From a virus: 64,000 nt of DNA. Position numbers and translations under genes: made by a program. Below are positions 19,361-28,279 of the stretch, one piece after another (the stretch's first letter is position 1; each line of letters begins with the position of its first letter). The notes beneath the pieces are model-generated. The model did no database searches and had not been told where the DNA came from. It saw only the letters and a program-made list of their open reading frames with translations. The DNA lies in IMG/VR virus record IMGVR_UViG_3300028394_000045, positions 1-64,000 of that record. One strand, given 5' to 3'.

Positions 19361-20493
19361 AAGTGTGCCAACTCCGGCCATAATTTCACAAACCCACCTG
19401 ATTGGTCTGTGTGATACACATGCTCAATGTTGTGTATATGTTGTTGAAATTGATTTGAAATTTCAGGATTGACTGATTTTACTTGTTGATATGTTGCCAG
19501 TGCTTGATCAAAAAACTGCTGCTCTGCTGCGGTAGCAATGCCCAATGCATAAAATCGTTCAATCTCTTGAGTAGCCTGTACTGCTATCTCGGGTCCATGC
19601 AAAGTGGGATCTAGATATTCGGGCTGGAATAAACTCTGCCAGAGTACGCTAACTCCTGCTTGTTCAGCAAATTGTCTCAACTCACAGATGCGTGTGGCAT
19701 TGTAGATATTATATACCGCATGTATTCCGCCCCAATGCCCCTGTGTGTGCATGAGTTGTTTGATCTTGAGAACATTTTGTTTGATTTGATCCCAGGTGGC
19801 TCCGTGACGCACATATTCCAGTTGGGCACCGATGTTGTCAAAGCTCATGCTCCAGCCTACTCGATTGCGTTTGGATAGTTTTTGGAATATCTTGTTGTTG
19901 TCTAGATCCACGCTCAAATTTGTGATCAAGGTCACGATGGCATTTGCTGGTATTACATCCAACAATCGATCGTTTTCGGGTAGCATGAGTGGCTCACCAC
20001 CTACTAGTGCCACTTCATGTATGCGATCGTGGTGTTGCGATAGGAAGTCACACACTGATTCATAATAAGGTCTCGTGCCCGATTTAGCTGCGATACCTTT
20101 GATCGACGCCCACTTTGAACTGCATGCTTCTCCGCAATAGTTGCAGCTGAGATTGCAGGTGGTATTCCATCGTACATCTACTATCACAGGATAGTGATAT
20201 TGATCCCCAGCTGTGGCATAGTCAAAGTCGGTATTGACATCATTGTGCCAGGCACGTTCAGAACGGCCGCCAAATCTTTCGGCATTGACACAATTGGAGC
20301 AATACTCGTGTGCTTGCCCTTGAGACAAACTACTGCGTATGTGTTTCATCTGGCTGCTGTTGAGGATTTCGATTATACCATGCTGATTCAAGTTGCCCAG
20401 CATGTTAGGATTGCCAGCACAACAGGTTTTGACATCACCACGTGGATTGATATGCAGCCCACGCCATGGGGCTGCACAATAGAAATCGGTCAT
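19351..20493 (-). CDS. radical SAM protein with N-terminal SPASM/twitch-like Cys region
   Basis: CNLSCNYC, VGGEPLM, ITNL, YVRHGATW; N-terminal YCAAPW...TCC...CSNC; paralog of 17649-18809. Confidence 0.88.
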   Translation of the reverse strand: MTDFYCAAPWRGLHINPRGDVKTCCAGNPNMLGNLNQHGIIEILNSSQMKHIRSSLSQGQAHEYCSNCVNAERFGGRSERAWHNDVNTDFDYATAGDQYHYPVIVDVRWNTTCNLSCNYCGEACSSKWASIKGIAAKSGTRPYYESVCDFLSQHHDRIHEVALVGGEPLMLPENDRLLDVIPANAIVTLITNLSVDLDNNKIFQKLSKRNRVGWSMSFDNIGAQLEYVRHGATWDQIKQNVLKIKQLMHTQGHWGGIHAVYNIYNATRICELRQFAEQAGVSVLWQSLFQPEYLDPTLHGPEIAVQATQEIERFYALGIATAAEQQFFDQALATYQQVKSVNPEISNQFQQHIHNIEHVYHTDQSGGFVKLWPELAHLCK

Positions 20494-20497
20494 GTAG

Positions 20498-20503
20498 TAT
20501 TTA
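20498..20503 (-). promoter_or_regulatory. late promoter core TAAATA, 4 nt before ATG
   Basis: gTAAATActacATG. Confidence 0.6.
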
Positions 20504-20526
20504 CATCCGGACCGCTTGGGCAGATA

Positions 20527-21342
20527 TTAATCGTCTGATGCACCACACTTGGCGCGTTTGGCTCGGGTGAGCGCACCAAAATCCACTGCCCATTCTTTAC
20601 CCGGTGCCAGTTCTACTGCACCCGGAGGAAACGCAAACTCTACACCAGCTGAGTTCTCGATCATATCAATGGGCAGTCGGAATCGGGTTAAGTCATTGCC
20701 TAGATTAGGATATGGTGCTAGATGTGGGAATGCCCATCCGGCTATTTCCCGGGTCTTGTTGTTGATAACAATCTTGTAAAAGCCATTTGGTACTATCACT
20801 CCCTTTCCAATTTTCTTGCTTGACGCATCATATGTGCTGCCGGCGATGATGGTATATGTTTGATTGTGCTGCACAGCCCAACCACGCACTGATGTTTCTA
20901 GCAATTTCCAGATGCCGCGGTTCAAGCTGCCGGCTTGTGGGCTCATGTTGGTCATCAAGAAACTTTCGTATTCCACCTGTTGATCCCAGCTGAGATCGCC
21001 GTCTGGTGCCATGTGTCCTTTGTCATATCCTGTGCCAGCATAGTCATCGGGTGTGGCCCCATTGGTAATGCTTTGATCCACTGCAAAAGCATTAGTACGA
21101 GCAACACAACCCAGTGCGTTGGGCGGAGTGAGTGTGTAGGCCACATAGTTAGGGATTTTGGCCTGTGCGTCGTAGGCCACAAGATATGCTTGACGACAGA
21201 TGGGTTGCAGTTGGCGTTCAGTTTTTGCAAATCCATATGGTTGATGCACTCGGCACATGGGCAACGGATTCGCCGGGCGTTGAGTCCAGGCCTGTGCCAG
21301 ATTAACGGCTGCGAGCAACAGTACCAAGAGTAGTTTTTTCAT
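20527..21342 (-). CDS. DNA/RNA non-specific endonuclease (NucA/EndoG family) with predicted signal peptide
   Basis: GYDKGHMAP, ESFLMTNMSPQ, LNRGIWKLLE, VPNGFYKIV; N-terminus MKKLLLVLLLAAVNLAQA. Confidence 0.88.
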   Translation of the reverse strand: MKKLLLVLLLAAVNLAQAWTQRPANPLPMCRVHQPYGFAKTERQLQPICRQAYLVAYDAQAKIPNYVAYTLTPPNALGCVARTNAFAVDQSITNGATPDDYAGTGYDKGHMAPDGDLSWDQQVEYESFLMTNMSPQAGSLNRGIWKLLETSVRGWAVQHNQTYTIIAGSTYDASSKKIGKGVIVPNGFYKIVINNKTREIAGWAFPHLAPYPNLGNDLTRFRLPIDMIENSAGVEFAFPPGAVELAPGKEWAVDFGALTRAKRAKCGASDD

Positions 21343-21349
21343 GTTAAAA

Positions 21350-21730
21350 TTAATAACCTTTGAAGGGCCGGACTGGGCTGGTGTGATTTACTGATGCAGG
21401 TTCTAAGCTGTTTGGCGTGCTTATTTGTACTTTTTTAGCAGGCAAGCCAGCCATTTTCAATGCTTGATCAATCACTGGTTCAACGCTGGCATTAAATCCT
21501 GCAATTACTGCATCTTCACCAAATGCTGCTTGTGCAGACCAGGCAGGTAGTTTGTCGGTGATGCCATCTGTTCCGGCATCACTTCTGGCACGGGCCATAG
21601 CCACACCCAGTCTGTAGATCTGATATGGGTCGCTGGATTTTACTCCAGGCAACACAAACACATGATTCATGGGATCTGCTTGCTCCGGAGGTAAAGTTTT
21701 TTCTTCGGTTATAAACTCTCGAGCTCTCAT
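21350..21730 (-). CDS. hypothetical probable internal head protein
   Basis: N-terminus MRAREFITE resembles the T4 capsid-targeting sequence; paralog of 21727-22098. Confidence 0.55.
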   Translation of the reverse strand: MRAREFITEEKTLPPEQADPMNHVFVLPGVKSSDPYQIYRLGVAMARARSDAGTDGITDKLPAWSAQAAFGEDAVIAGFNASVEPVIDQALKMAGLPAKKVQISTPNSLEPASVNHTSPVRPFKGY

Positions 21731-22098
21731 CTGTAACCCCGGAATGCTTGTACAGGGCTAGTGGTGTTGGTGCTGGGCAATTCTAAACTGCGGAGATCGC
21801 CTTTGTTGAGATCCTGGATGTCGGAACCAATGGCCTTGTAGGCCATATTCAGCATGTTTTGTTCTTCCGGCGTATAAGGTGCTGCAATGTTGTATCGACC
21901 GGCCCAGGATTCACCATCTATATCAGGCACAAAGGTGCCATCGGTGCTGGCGGCAGCCATCATGATGCGATTTAATTCATACACACGATCAGCATGGTTT
22001 GGATCAACAAATTTGTTCAAGCCCACAGTGGCAAAACTTTTGGTCTTGCTCAATCGGCCAATCTGCTGACCTTCGGCAATGAATTCACTGGCACGCAT
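21727..22098 (-). CDS. hypothetical probable internal head protein
   Basis: N-terminus MRASEFIAE; C-terminus SLE...N.TSPV..F.GY shared with its neighbour. Confidence 0.55.
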   Translation of the reverse strand: MRASEFIAEGQQIGRLSKTKSFATVGLNKFVDPNHADRVYELNRIMMAAASTDGTFVPDIDGESWAGRYNIAAPYTPEEQNMLNMAYKAIGSDIQDLNKGDLRSLELPSTNTTSPVQAFRGYR

Positions 22099-22106
22099 GG
22101 TATCTA

Positions 22107-22436
22107 TTAAGACGCGCCGGTCACACCTGCTGTGGCTGATGTTGCTGATCCAATTGCTGTGGCAGTAAAACCGCCTGTACCGGTCAAGATGTTGAGATAA
22201 TTGCCTGCACCCACATAGTATTCTTGACTGGAGTTGCCGGGCAAAGCGATAGCATTGGCATACAAGTTGCCAGTGGAGATTGGCATGGCAGCATTGGTGG
22301 GAACACCATTGGCCTGTATATAAGTCAGTTGTACTGCACTGACCTGGAATGTGACATTGGACAGCGTGGTATTAAACTGCACTTTGTCAGTGGTCCATAA
22401 CACATTTCCTATAGCATTTACAACTTGAGTGGCCAT
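22107..22436 (-). CDS. hypothetical small virion protein (beta-rich)
   Basis: coupled ORF in the late operon, T/G/A/N-rich. Confidence 0.6.
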   Translation of the reverse strand: MATQVVNAIGNVLWTTDKVQFNTTLSNVTFQVSAVQLTYIQANGVPTNAAMPISTGNLYANAIALPGNSSQEYYVGAGNYLNILTGTGGFTATAIGSATSATAGVTGAS

Positions 22437-22606
22437 TATGACTTATCCTTGGGAACTTCTGTCACCACCGGCTGATACAGCTGGCGTGACTGGTGTAACA
22501 CACCTGGAATCTCCACAGGCTGTGGTTTCCAACTGGCAGCGGCCGGACTATGCGGATTGTGCTGTGTGGGTGTGTTGAGATTTTCGTTGTATGGTTTGTA
22601 TGACAT
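22436..22606 (-). CDS. small hypothetical protein (56 aa), not in the ORF track
   Basis: ATG 22606 after an AGGA SD; MSYKPYNENLNTPTQHNPHSP...KDKS; TAATG overlap with the next gene fills the gap exactly. Confidence 0.6.
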   Translation of the reverse strand: MSYKPYNENLNTPTQHNPHSPAAASWKPQPVEIPGVLHQSRQLYQPVVTEVPKDKS

Positions 22607-22611
22607 GACTG

Positions 22612-25131
22612 TTATCCTTTATAGCTTTTCCACAGATTGGCAGTATCAGTAAAGATACTTTCATTTGTGCTGTTTTCAGAATCCTTGTTTTCAGAGTCTC
22701 TTTTGTCAGGATCAATGTATTTTTGATCTTTTTTATCAAGATTAACATATCTTGAAGGAATGGTCGCGGTCAATCGCTCATCTTTAACCTTAGGCGCATA
22801 CACATAGCTATTGCCTTCTTTTTTCTTAACAACACCGCCGGGTGCAGTGGGTTCAGATCCAGCCATGCCTTCGGGCTTGAGCCATTCGGCTTTGTCTTCA
22901 CTCACTGGCTTGATGCCTGCTATTTCGCGCATGCGTTGAATGCTTTCCTGGAAATCATCGTCTTGACCACGCACTGCTGTGACAGGAACAGTGCTTTGAC
23001 CGTTGCCGGCAACATCACGTTTGGGCTTGTTTATACCGCCGCTGTAGCCAAAGTTGTCTTGAGCACGTTCGGTGTTGGTAGGATAGTCTGGACTGTTCAT
23101 ATCTACTGTGTTATCGCCGTAGGTCTCGTCCATCTGTTCCATGTCGCCGCAGCCGCAGTCGGACATGCCGCAGACGGGACAGGTTTCGTTTTGGCCGCCG
23201 CCCATGCCGGCCATCTTCAGCAGTTGTGCCAGCTGCACAGCATCTTCATCTGTGGCAGTGATAGTGAGCGACTGACCAGGACCACCGTGCTCGTCTGTGC
23301 TCATGTTCATGCTGATGTTCATGCTTTCCGTGATCTGACGTTCAACTGCACGATCAATGCTGTCGTAGATGCCTTTGCCAAAGCTCATGCCGCCTTTGCT
23401 GGCCTTGCCCGACGTGGATGCGGTGGCCACAGAACCTGAAGTGGTTGATTCTTCAACTTCTTCTTCTTTCTTGGCCTTGGGCTTGCTTGGCTTGCTCTTG
23501 CCACCCATTTCGTCTTTGCCAAGACGTCCTGCAACAACATCACCCTGAGTGACTTTGTCATAGGGTTTGGCATTGTTGGCCAAGTTGCCGTCATTGCCAC
23601 TGCGTTTTTTAGTTGGTCTGGCTTTTTTTTCAGCCAGTTCTACTTCTACTTCACGACCGGTCTGGTCTTCAGCATCAGTTTCTTTTTCGCTGGCCAAGTA
23701 GTCAGCAATGGTCTGCATGTAGTCGCTGGCCAAGCTGAGTTTTTTCTGTACCCATTCTGGCAAGTCATCGTCGTTGCCCAACATCTTTTCCAGTTGCTTG
23801 GCATTGCGCATCATGGTGTGGATCTCGTTGCGACCCATTTCGCCTTCGCGATCGTATTCACCTTGATCTGCTGGATCCTGGTCGCCTTCACGAGTCATCA
23901 GCTTTGATGTGCCACGATTGATCTTGGCTCCAATCTTCTTGCCCTGGCCTGCTCCAACTGGACGACGGCCAGCACGGGCAGCTCGCTCATCAGCAGCATC
24001 GGCCTGTTGGTTGGCGCGACGCTCTTCGCCACTGTGGGCAGCACCGCTGTAGTTGCCTTTTACTGGACGATGGCGTGTGACGCCTGGTGTGCCGGTATCG
24101 ATCTCACCACCGCTGCTGCTTCTGCGGCGAGTAGGCGTGTCGTCAAAGTCACCTGCTTTGAACGGTTTGTGTAGCTGTGACCAGTCAGATGCTTCATCCA
24201 TTTCGGCATTGCGACCACGGCCGCTGCCGATGGCTTTTTTCATGGCATCAGCTGCCACTTGTCCCAACATCTCATCAACTTCTTTCTTGGCGCTGGCCAC
24301 GTTGTCAGCAAATGATTTTTTTCTGGCAGGCATGCCCATGCCTTGTTCTTGAACAGGATATTCTTTTCCACCCACACGGATTTTTTCACCAGGTTGGATA
24401 CCATCACGCTTGGCTCGGACCACTGCACCCGAGAACGCATTGCCTTCGTCGGTCATGCTTTCATCATACTGATTGTACTTCTTGCGAGCCGCAGCCTTGG
24501 TTTTTTCGCTGGCACCAATTCGGCCTAGTCGCTGTAGTTCTTTCATTCCTGGTTCGCCGTATTTCTTCATGCCAAAAGCAGCTTGTAATGCACTTTCGTC
24601 TATCTCATCATCATCCACGGCCCCCGAAGGCTTTGGTAAGGGTGTAATTCGTTTTACTTCTGGTTTGTAGGAGGGTCTAACTGGCGTGCGTTGGCCAGGA
24701 CGTATTTCACCAACCGGATCAACAACACCACCTTCATTGGTTGTTTTTTTAACTGGCTCATCCACGGGCACAGAATCTTTGTACAATCTGTTGTCGTCAG
24801 TTTTCTTGGGCGGAGGGCCGTTGTCTGGGCCTACTATGATACCGGAACCGGGTATGTTTGGATCATATTTCTTAGACGAACTGCGGTTGGCTGCGCTGGA
24901 CTTAGACACTGGCTCATCAACTGGTCGGTCTTCCTCCACTTGGCCTTTTTCACGCATGTGTGCCAGCTGTGCACCGGCAATTCGAGGATTAGTTTTCTTG
25001 GCCAATGCAGCAAACCCAGTGTTAGCATTGTTGTGCTTGCCCAGATCACGCTCGTTCAGCTGCTGATGTGTCACTTCAGGCATGGCACGGATGCTGTCTA
25101 ATTTTTTGTTCAGGTCGTAAAAAAAACTCAT
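22612..25131 (-). CDS. large hypothetical prohead/internal protein (839 aa), modular
   Basis: many hydrophobic-x-E sites; LLKMAGM and RMREIAGI motifs; helical module GEYDREGEM...LPEWVQKKL. Confidence 0.6.
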   Translation of the reverse strand: MSFFYDLNKKLDSIRAMPEVTHQQLNERDLGKHNNANTGFAALAKKTNPRIAGAQLAHMREKGQVEEDRPVDEPVSKSSAANRSSSKKYDPNIPGSGIIVGPDNGPPPKKTDDNRLYKDSVPVDEPVKKTTNEGGVVDPVGEIRPGQRTPVRPSYKPEVKRITPLPKPSGAVDDDEIDESALQAAFGMKKYGEPGMKELQRLGRIGASEKTKAAARKKYNQYDESMTDEGNAFSGAVVRAKRDGIQPGEKIRVGGKEYPVQEQGMGMPARKKSFADNVASAKKEVDEMLGQVAADAMKKAIGSGRGRNAEMDEASDWSQLHKPFKAGDFDDTPTRRRSSSGGEIDTGTPGVTRHRPVKGNYSGAAHSGEERRANQQADAADERAARAGRRPVGAGQGKKIGAKINRGTSKLMTREGDQDPADQGEYDREGEMGRNEIHTMMRNAKQLEKMLGNDDDLPEWVQKKLSLASDYMQTIADYLASEKETDAEDQTGREVEVELAEKKARPTKKRSGNDGNLANNAKPYDKVTQGDVVAGRLGKDEMGGKSKPSKPKAKKEEEVEESTTSGSVATASTSGKASKGGMSFGKGIYDSIDRAVERQITESMNISMNMSTDEHGGPGQSLTITATDEDAVQLAQLLKMAGMGGGQNETCPVCGMSDCGCGDMEQMDETYGDNTVDMNSPDYPTNTERAQDNFGYSGGINKPKRDVAGNGQSTVPVTAVRGQDDDFQESIQRMREIAGIKPVSEDKAEWLKPEGMAGSEPTAPGGVVKKKEGNSYVYAPKVKDERLTATIPSRYVNLDKKDQKYIDPDKRDSENKDSENSTNESIFTDTANLWKSYKG

Positions 25132-25137
25132 TTGATA

Positions 25138-25746
25138 TTATCCTCTTGGGTTGGCGCCAGTGGCTGGCTTGGGCGGACGCTTGACGTTGGTCATTGGGCT
25201 TTTGTTTCCCATTGGCAACTCATTTGTGGTTTTGGCTGGCGGTGTTTTGTTGCCAGCGATGGTGAAGTTTGAACGATAGGCATTTTTCAATACCGCATGA
25301 TCATATGGACCTGTGGCATAGTCTTTGCTGAGTGCTCGTTGTTCTGCATCAGGTGCAGGATAGTCTGGCTTGTCCAACAGATCCTTATTTTCGCTGCCAA
25401 TCTTGCGGCTTTCGTCATTCATGCTGTCTTCGTATGGTACGGTGTTCATGACGATCCTGTTGGGATCCATGCCCAGTAGTTGTGCCAGCTGTTTGATCTG
25501 TGGTTCAATAGCAGGATAACGAAACTCCACATCCACGATGCTCATGGGCTGATTGGGGAACGCCGGAAAGTCTGGGATCTCTTTGCGCACTGGTGCAGTC
25601 TTGATCTTTGACATCTTGACCACATCAAACTGTGCCAGTTTGCCTTCCAGCTCTTTGACGAACATTGAAGGCACATCACCTACCATCTTGATCCGATAGT
25701 TGTAGGTTTTTTCGCTTTCAGTTAGGTATTTTGCAAATGGTTTCAT
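25138..25746 (-). CDS. hypothetical head-associated protein
   Basis: N-terminus MKPFAKYLTES; ATAAATA at 25764-25770 and an AGGA SD upstream. Confidence 0.6.
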   Translation of the reverse strand: MKPFAKYLTESEKTYNYRIKMVGDVPSMFVKELEGKLAQFDVVKMSKIKTAPVRKEIPDFPAFPNQPMSIVDVEFRYPAIEPQIKQLAQLLGMDPNRIVMNTVPYEDSMNDESRKIGSENKDLLDKPDYPAPDAEQRALSKDYATGPYDHAVLKNAYRSNFTIAGNKTPPAKTTNELPMGNKSPMTNVKRPPKPATGANPRG

Positions 25747-25766
25747 ATGAGTGTCCTATGGTATAT

Positions 25767-26264
25767 TTATTCTTTTTGAGTGTTTTGGTCTTTACCGCGC
25801 AACAATCGTTCCAGTAAATCATTGCGGCTCAGCACCATACCCTGGGCCGTTTCCATTGCACCACCTGCAGGATCTTCTGTCTTGACATTTTGATCCAGGC
25901 GCATCTTCTTCAGTTGCAGGTCAATCATCTTGAGTTTTTTGTCCAGTTTGGCTGTTTTAGCTGTGATAGCATGGCCCAACATGTTGCTGGCCACTGAAAA
26001 TATCTCAGCAGCAAATCTTGAATCCACTTGCATGCCCAGGTCCATGAGATCTTTATAGCTGTGTTGGGCCAAGTCGGACAGCTCGTCCATTTCTTGGTCA
26101 GAACTTTCTAGGCCTCGCACAGCGGGCAATGCAGCATTGATTTTGTCTATGCTGTCATCCAGTGCAGCCAGAGTTTGACGTGTGGTTTCTGCTGGCAGTA
26201 CAGCAGGCGGAGGATCTTCTTCAGTGGGTGGTAAGTCGAACAACTCTTCGAGTTTTTTGGTCAT
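25767..26264 (-). CDS. putative terminase small subunit (gp16-like)
   Basis: 165-aa helical/coiled-coil protein beside gp4, late promoter 4 nt upstream; call rests on size and context. Confidence 0.45.
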   Translation of the reverse strand: MTKKLEELFDLPPTEEDPPPAVLPAETTRQTLAALDDSIDKINAALPAVRGLESSDQEMDELSDLAQHSYKDLMDLGMQVDSRFAAEIFSVASNMLGHAITAKTAKLDKKLKMIDLQLKKMRLDQNVKTEDPAGGAMETAQGMVLSRNDLLERLLRGKDQNTQKE

Positions 26265-26292
26265 GCCATATTTAGTGGCTGCACTGCATGGC

Positions 26293-26727
26293 TTATTTAG
26301 ATCTACCGTTATGGAACATGTCTAATTCAGTGATAACTCTGAAACTGAGACCATTGTGTTTGCACCATTTCATTGCTTGGTCCCACTTGGCATAGTTCAC
26401 TGCTACTACTGCGCGGTCCCGACTGGTCATCTTGCTTTCAACCACACTTTGCTTTTTGGGTTTGATCTCAATCAACTCGGCACGCATGGTGTTGTCTTTG
26501 GTTCTGTAGCTTACCAAGAAATCCGGAATGTACCGTGACATCTTTCCTGTGACAGGATTGCGGTATGGAATGGCGATGCTTTCGCTGGCCCATTGCAGAA
26601 TATGGTCATTGCTGTCACAAAATCTCATGAAGCTGAGCTCCCAGCCTGAACGATATCTGGGAATACCGTTGCCCACATATTTGGCTGCGTTTTGAACTTC
26701 GTATTTGCCCTGTGCCCAGTGACTCAT
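26293..26727 (-). CDS. gp4: head completion nuclease, T4 gp4-like (TnsA-like PD-(D/E)xK)
   Basis: YRSGWE, WASESIAIPY, YIPDF, IEIKP, NYAKW, FRVITE. Confidence 0.85.
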   Translation of the reverse strand: MSHWAQGKYEVQNAAKYVGNGIPRYRSGWELSFMRFCDSNDHILQWASESIAIPYRNPVTGKMSRYIPDFLVSYRTKDNTMRAELIEIKPKKQSVVESKMTSRDRAVVAVNYAKWDQAMKWCKHNGLSFRVITELDMFHNGRSK

Positions 26728-27086
26728 TGCAACACCGCTTGTGCAGGATAAAAATTGGGTGTCACTGCTACGCCCACGCCCAGCAATGTTGCTCGATCAC
26801 GTATGAGATTCAAGTAGTATGCCAACGAAATATTGAGATTTACACCGTTGCCTTGGCCTGTAAATCCCTGCAATAATGTCAAAACAGGGATATTGGTCAG
26901 TTCGGCCACACGGAACAAGCTCACAGTAAAGTTACCTGCGGTGCGTGGCAAAGTCATCTCTTTCAGGAAAAAACTATACACGATGTCATATTCAGCCACA
27001 GGAACATTGGTGTCGTAGGCGTAGAATCTATCAAACACTCTCACAGTCTGATCAATATTGTAGTTGGTGGTATTGACAGTGGTCAT
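26724..27086 (-). CDS. hypothetical protein in the tail operon
   Basis: coupled ORF between the tube-like gene and gp4. Confidence 0.65.
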   Translation of the reverse strand: MTTVNTTNYNIDQTVRVFDRFYAYDTNVPVAEYDIVYSFFLKEMTLPRTAGNFTVSLFRVAELTNIPVLTLLQGFTGQGNGVNLNISLAYYLNLIRDRATLLGVGVAVTPNFYPAQAVLQ

Positions 27087-27089
27087 TGA

Positions 27090-28274
27090 TTATCTCAATC
27101 CTGCACGTTGTGTCAGCGGAGTTTGTGGACCATTAGTAGAATTAAGCCAGGTGTTGGTCTGCGCAGTAGGAAATACCCAACCATCGGCCTTGTTGGCCGC
27201 TGCACGTACTGCACCCGGCAATGCTTGTTTTAAAGCATCTTTGCCCAATGCAACTGTTTCGTTGACTATCAGTGCCTTGAGTCCACCGGCTTTCTTGTTG
27301 GTATTGTAGAATGTGCCGGCTTTTTGTGCTGCTCCAATTAATCCTAACACCGAACCCGAACTGAGATCTTCTGCTATTCCGTCCACAGTGTCTAACAAGC
27401 CACCTTGACCAAAAATGCTATTGGTAGATCCCGGACGAGCAATTGGGCTTGTGGTTTGATCGTAGTGAGTAGAATTTTTTCCAAATCCCGGTGCCGAACT
27501 GTTGGGCGCTTTGTTGTAGTATTTGACTGTTTCGTAATCAATTGTCATGCTATTCTGCATGAGGCCGCCGGCCTGTGCATAATCATACGTGTCATGTTGC
27601 CAGGCCGTAATCAACGGATTGATCAGCACATATTCTGCATATTTGTGATTTTTGTCAAATCCAGCTATGCGTATGTCTTTGAAGAACGGAGGTTTTCCTG
27701 TAGCTGATGTTGATGAGTTAGTTCCGTCGCCATAGCTCTCACCGATGAATCCCCAGTCAGTGGTCTGACGAGTATTGTAGATATCTCTTTCCCATCCACC
27801 AAAGCCGTTTTGTTTGTTGCCACTTTGCCCCGCACTACCATTGGTGTTGGCTATGCTGCCATATTTCTGGCTGGAATCTTTGTAGTAGTAGAGAAAATAA
27901 TTGTACCACATGTTACGTGCCACATCGCCACCGTCGTCATGGAAAGTGATAGTGACCGGATTGTATTTGACTTTGGTCTGTATAACTCTTTTGCGATTGT
28001 ATTGATTCAGAGTAGATGTATCGATGCTGTACGTGGGCAAGGTTGCTGTCTTGACCACATAGCTTAGATTGGTTATATCGTCAGACGCAAATATGGCATT
28101 CAATGCTGGTATCTGTTCAACATTGACTGTGAATGTAACATGGAAGAGAAACTTAAATCTTGGTTTAAGTTCATATGCATTGCTCCTGAATACTTTGCTG
28201 GCGTGGGTGTAATCACGTACACCATCTGCGCCACCAAAGAATCCCTTGGCAAAATCTTGGCCAAAACTGCCCAC
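27090..28274 (-). CDS. tail tube-like baseplate/tube initiator (gp54/gp19-like)
   Basis: VKTATLP, NQYNRK, YNPVTITFHDD, MTIDYE tube-fold pattern; follows the tube gene; GTG start. Confidence 0.6.
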   Translation of the reverse strand: MGSFGQDFAKGFFGGADGVRDYTHASKVFRSNAYELKPRFKFLFHVTFTVNVEQIPALNAIFASDDITNLSYVVKTATLPTYSIDTSTLNQYNRKRVIQTKVKYNPVTITFHDDGGDVARNMWYNYFLYYYKDSSQKYGSIANTNGSAGQSGNKQNGFGGWERDIYNTRQTTDWGFIGESYGDGTNSSTSATGKPPFFKDIRIAGFDKNHKYAEYVLINPLITAWQHDTYDYAQAGGLMQNSMTIDYETVKYYNKAPNSSAPGFGKNSTHYDQTTSPIARPGSTNSIFGQGGLLDTVDGIAEDLSSGSVLGLIGAAQKAGTFYNTNKKAGGLKALIVNETVALGKDALKQALPGAVRAAANKADGWVFPTAQTNTWLNSTNGPQTPLTQRAGLR

Positions 28275-28279
28275 GAGCG

